Origin: Eledone cirrhosa
Taxonomy: Eukaryota
DNA: 64,000 nucleotides
Reading direction: 5' to 3'
Assembly: GCA_964016885.1 (NCBI GenBank)
Contig: OZ024743.1
Coordinates: 113,522,001-113,586,000 of the forward strand
Below, piece after piece: positions 60,731 through 64,000 of this stretch. A program made the translations under genes and the position numbers. Position 1 is the first letter of the stretch. Every line of letters begins with the position of its first letter. The notes under the pieces were generated by a model. That model saw only the letters and a list, made by a program, of their open reading frames with translations. It did no database searches and was not told the DNA's origin.

Positions 60731-61717
60731 TGTCTTTTTTAATCTTGTTGTTCAGTACTAGATTGACCTAAATTGAGAAGTCCTTTGAAAGAAGAGATTA
60801 CAGCTGTGACCATCTATTGAGTGGTAGTGGAGGAATTAGACATGTCATGTATCTAGGATTACATTATCTAATGTGTTCTGTTTTGGGTTTTCATATAACA
60901 CAAAAGGTTTTTACCACAAGGGAGATTGTATGAAGCTTGTATACAAACAGCAATACTACATGGAAGTTAGGCCTGGCTAATGTGTACAGAGAATCTACCT
61001 AAATTGGAAAGAAATGAAGTCCCTATGCTCTGATGGATATGTAATAGTAGTATGGATGAATGACAAAGCATCAGGGAGCTAAGAGAGAAAACTAGGCATC
61101 AGAGGGGGTCAGGTGCCGTGTACATGAGGAGATTATAGTGGTTTGGACATGTGATGTCATCTCCTCTGCCAGTAATAGCGATTTGAGGTCAGCTCTCACA
61201 ACCTCTGTCCAAGTCTTTCTTGGTCGTCCTCTATTGTGGCTTCCTTCCACTGGGTCTTCTTGACATTTCTTTAACCATCATTCATTGTCCATGCACATGT
61301 GTGTATGTATATATATATGACTGTATGAAGGCAAGTAGCCAAGTGGTTTGGGTGTTAGACATGATGATAATATCGAAAAGTCAATTCCTGGACTAGGTGG
61401 CACATTGTGTCCTTGAGCAAAACACTTCATTTCATATCATTGCAATACACTTAGCTGAAAATGAGTACCATCTGTAGCTAGGAGTTAATCTTGTGATAGA
61501 CTGGTGTACTTACTTGCTTAACGATGTGGAAACTAGGCCGAGCAGTGGCCTGATGCCTCTTGGCTTGGGACAAACTTTAACTTTCTCCTTGTCTGTGCAT
61601 GTGTGTTTATTGTAAAATATATTTTTCTTTTTTTAGTCTGCAACATAGCAGCTAGGTTATAAATATATATACACATGTAGTCTCAGTTATTTCTATTCTG
61701 TACATATACAGATACTA

Positions 61718-62341
61718 CGAGGGTCGGTTGAAAATTTCATAGGCTGACTATGAAGGATTGATGCTAGAGCTGTGAAATCTTGCATGCATTAATTTCAACT
61801 CTTCTTATTAATAACTGCATTGTTTCTTTCCTGGGACTATGTTGAAAAATAAACCTCATTTAGTCATTCCATGAGAGTATCTTGGTCAGCCCATGAAGGA
61901 GTGGTGCTAGAGCTGTGAAATCTTGCATGCATTAATTTCAACTCTTCTTATTAATAACTGCATTGTTTCTTTCCTGGGACTATGTTGAAAAATAAACCAC
62001 ATTTGGTCATTCCATGAGAGTATCTTGGTTAGCCCATGAAGTAGTGGTGCTAGAGCTGTGAAATCTTGCATGCATTAATTTCAACTCTTCTTATTAATAA
62101 CTACATTGTTTCTTTCCTGGGACTATGTTGAAAAATAAACCTCATTTGGTCATTCCATGAGAGTATCTTGGTCAGCCCATGAAGGAGTGGTGCTAGAGCT
62201 GTGAAATCTTGCATGCATTAATTTCAACTCTTCTTATTAATAACTGCATTGTTTCTTCCTGGGACTATGTTGAAAAATTAACCACATTTGGTTATTCCAT
62301 GAGAGTATCTTGGTCAGCTTATGGATTTTTCCGCCGACTCA
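61718..62341. mobile_element. Mariner-type MITE containing four tandem 143-bp units
   Basis: TA-CGAGGGTCGGTTGAAAATTTCATAGGCTGAC ... GTCAGCTTATGGATTTTTCCGCCGACTCA-TA; GCTAGAGC at 61763, 61906, 62049, 62192. Confidence 0.85.
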
Positions 62342-62677
62342 TATGTGTTATATTTTTAGACATACTGTTGTTGAGAAATCTAAGTTTCTGCTTGAGTAGA
62401 CCAGTGTCATGAAGACAACTGGTTAATTAAATGAAACAGATGAGAACAACTAAACTGGAACATGCAGATGATATAACATCAATTGATGTCTGGCTTGAGT
62501 TTCAGCATTTCACCAGCTCTTTCTTACTATTACAATTCTATTGAGTGTATGCTGTCTTGACATTTAACATTTATATTTGTGTGTGTGTGTATGTGTGCAT
62601 ACGTGTGCACATATATATGAGTGTATATATGGATTTATGTATGTATATATGTATCTCTGCATGTATGTGTGTATGTG

Positions 62678-62726
<49 letters not shown>

Positions 62727-63004
62727 GTGTGTGTATGTGTGTACATATATGTGTTTGAGTGGGTGTCAGTATGTGTATGTATATATGGGTAGTGTTTTCG
62801 ATGCTCAGAGAGTAGGATTGGTCGAGTACAAGGCCTTTCCGCCACTTAAAAAACCTTCAAAGTACAGGCATTGTTTGTTCAGGTTATATTACAGATTTGT
62901 GTGGGTGGCTGTAACCTAAAAGTGCACCATTTTCTGTAATCTGACAAGCGGTTGCAATACTCTTAGCAGAGTTTGCAGCCATCATGTATGCATGTATATG
63001 TATG

Positions 63005-63057
<53 letters not shown>

Positions 63058-63059
<2 letters not shown>

Positions 63060-63268
63060 GTGTAGGTGCCACGGAAAAAGCACCCAGCACTCACTGTAAA
63101 TGAGGTTGGTGTTAGGAAGGGCATCCAGCTATAGAAATCAACCCAAAATCAGTCCCTGTATGAGCAAGGCATGGTCAGCCGACCAGACACTGCCCACAAC
63201 AGGACAACCCGTCTAACCCATGCTAGCATGGAAGAACGGACGTAAAACGGTGATGATGATGATGATAT
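63058..63268 (+). mobile_element. RTE 3' terminus (subfamily of 58265) in (TA)n
   Basis: Reverse complement of 58270-58490; ends GGACGTAAAACGGTGATGATG. Confidence 0.85.
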
Positions 63269-63279
63269 ATATATATGTA

Positions 63280-63310
<31 letters not shown>

Positions 63311-63834
63311 GAAAACATTAAACAGTGATGTTAATTTTGAGACATATGATCTTATATGATCTTTGTTTTAAAGTATATAGGAAGTTTTCTCTGGATATTG
63401 ATTTACCTGCTTTATTTACTAGGTTGAGCAACCATATAGATATAGAATGAACTCATGGGATGGGTCTCTATTTGGTTGGTTGATCTGATAGAAATTTCGG
63501 GCAAAACTCCCTTAAACTACACACGATATTACCTTACAGAAAAATACTTTGGATAATATAGTCTAATCTACAGTGTTGTCATTGTTGGTTGTGTTTATGA
63601 AGCTGCTACAATGCAGATGGAGTTGTAAAGATTCATGCAACAAATTGTTGTGTAGAAATAGAGAGGTAAGGTTGAGTGAAGAAGAGAAAGAAAAATGGAA
63701 AAAAGAAAAGAAAAGAATCAGAGATAATGTTTCCTTGGAAGTATTTATTGATCACTATATTTTGGATGTCAAAAGAGAGTCTGAAGGAAACTTTGAATGT
63801 CAGAGAAGGCCTTTCTGTTCCTCTGAGTGGCTCT

Positions 63835-64000
63835 GAACATCTGTTGGTTCCAATAATAAGTGATCAGTTGATTGAACAACAGGACAGTCTACTCGTGAAT
63901 TTAACGTGCAAGTCGTTGAACATTCCACAGACATGTATTTTTGATGTAGTTCTCATGGAGGTTCAACATGACACAGTCTGTAACTAGGCTGGCTCTTTGA
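63835..64000 (-). mobile_element. SINE tail fragment
   Basis: Reverse complement similar to 17625-17760. Confidence 0.6.

Overview
AT-rich, repeat-dominated eukaryotic DNA with no recognisable host-gene exon. The (TA)n/(GT)n/(GAT)n density and the SINE/RTE repertoire resemble a cephalopod (octopus-like) genome; that is an inference from sequence character only. All coding signal comes from transposon relics: several RTE-clade LINE copies (RT with an inserted PHD-type finger), a long Tx1/L1-type LINE inside a (GATA)n tract, CR1, CRE-like and Penelope (GIY-YIG) fragments, and a decayed mariner. There are also two tRNA-derived SINE families, TTAA- and TA-flanked MITEs and a non-autonomous Helitron. 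The most interesting unannotated signal is a set of about ten type I hammerhead ribozyme motifs at seven loci (10.5, 12.4/12.8, 38.8, 39.7/39.8, 41.3/41.5, 56.9 and 59.2 kb). They sit in short non-coding elements, mostly in (TA)n tracts, arranged as inverted or tandem pairs. One family shows stem II covariation and NRF1/YY1-like motifs upstream, consistent with Penelope-derived or retrozyme-like non-autonomous RNAs. A second theme is that three large satellites (25, 44 and 61 bp units) were each amplified from the shared LINE/SINE 3' tail module; two of them count to exactly 64 units. All folds and counts were done by eye.
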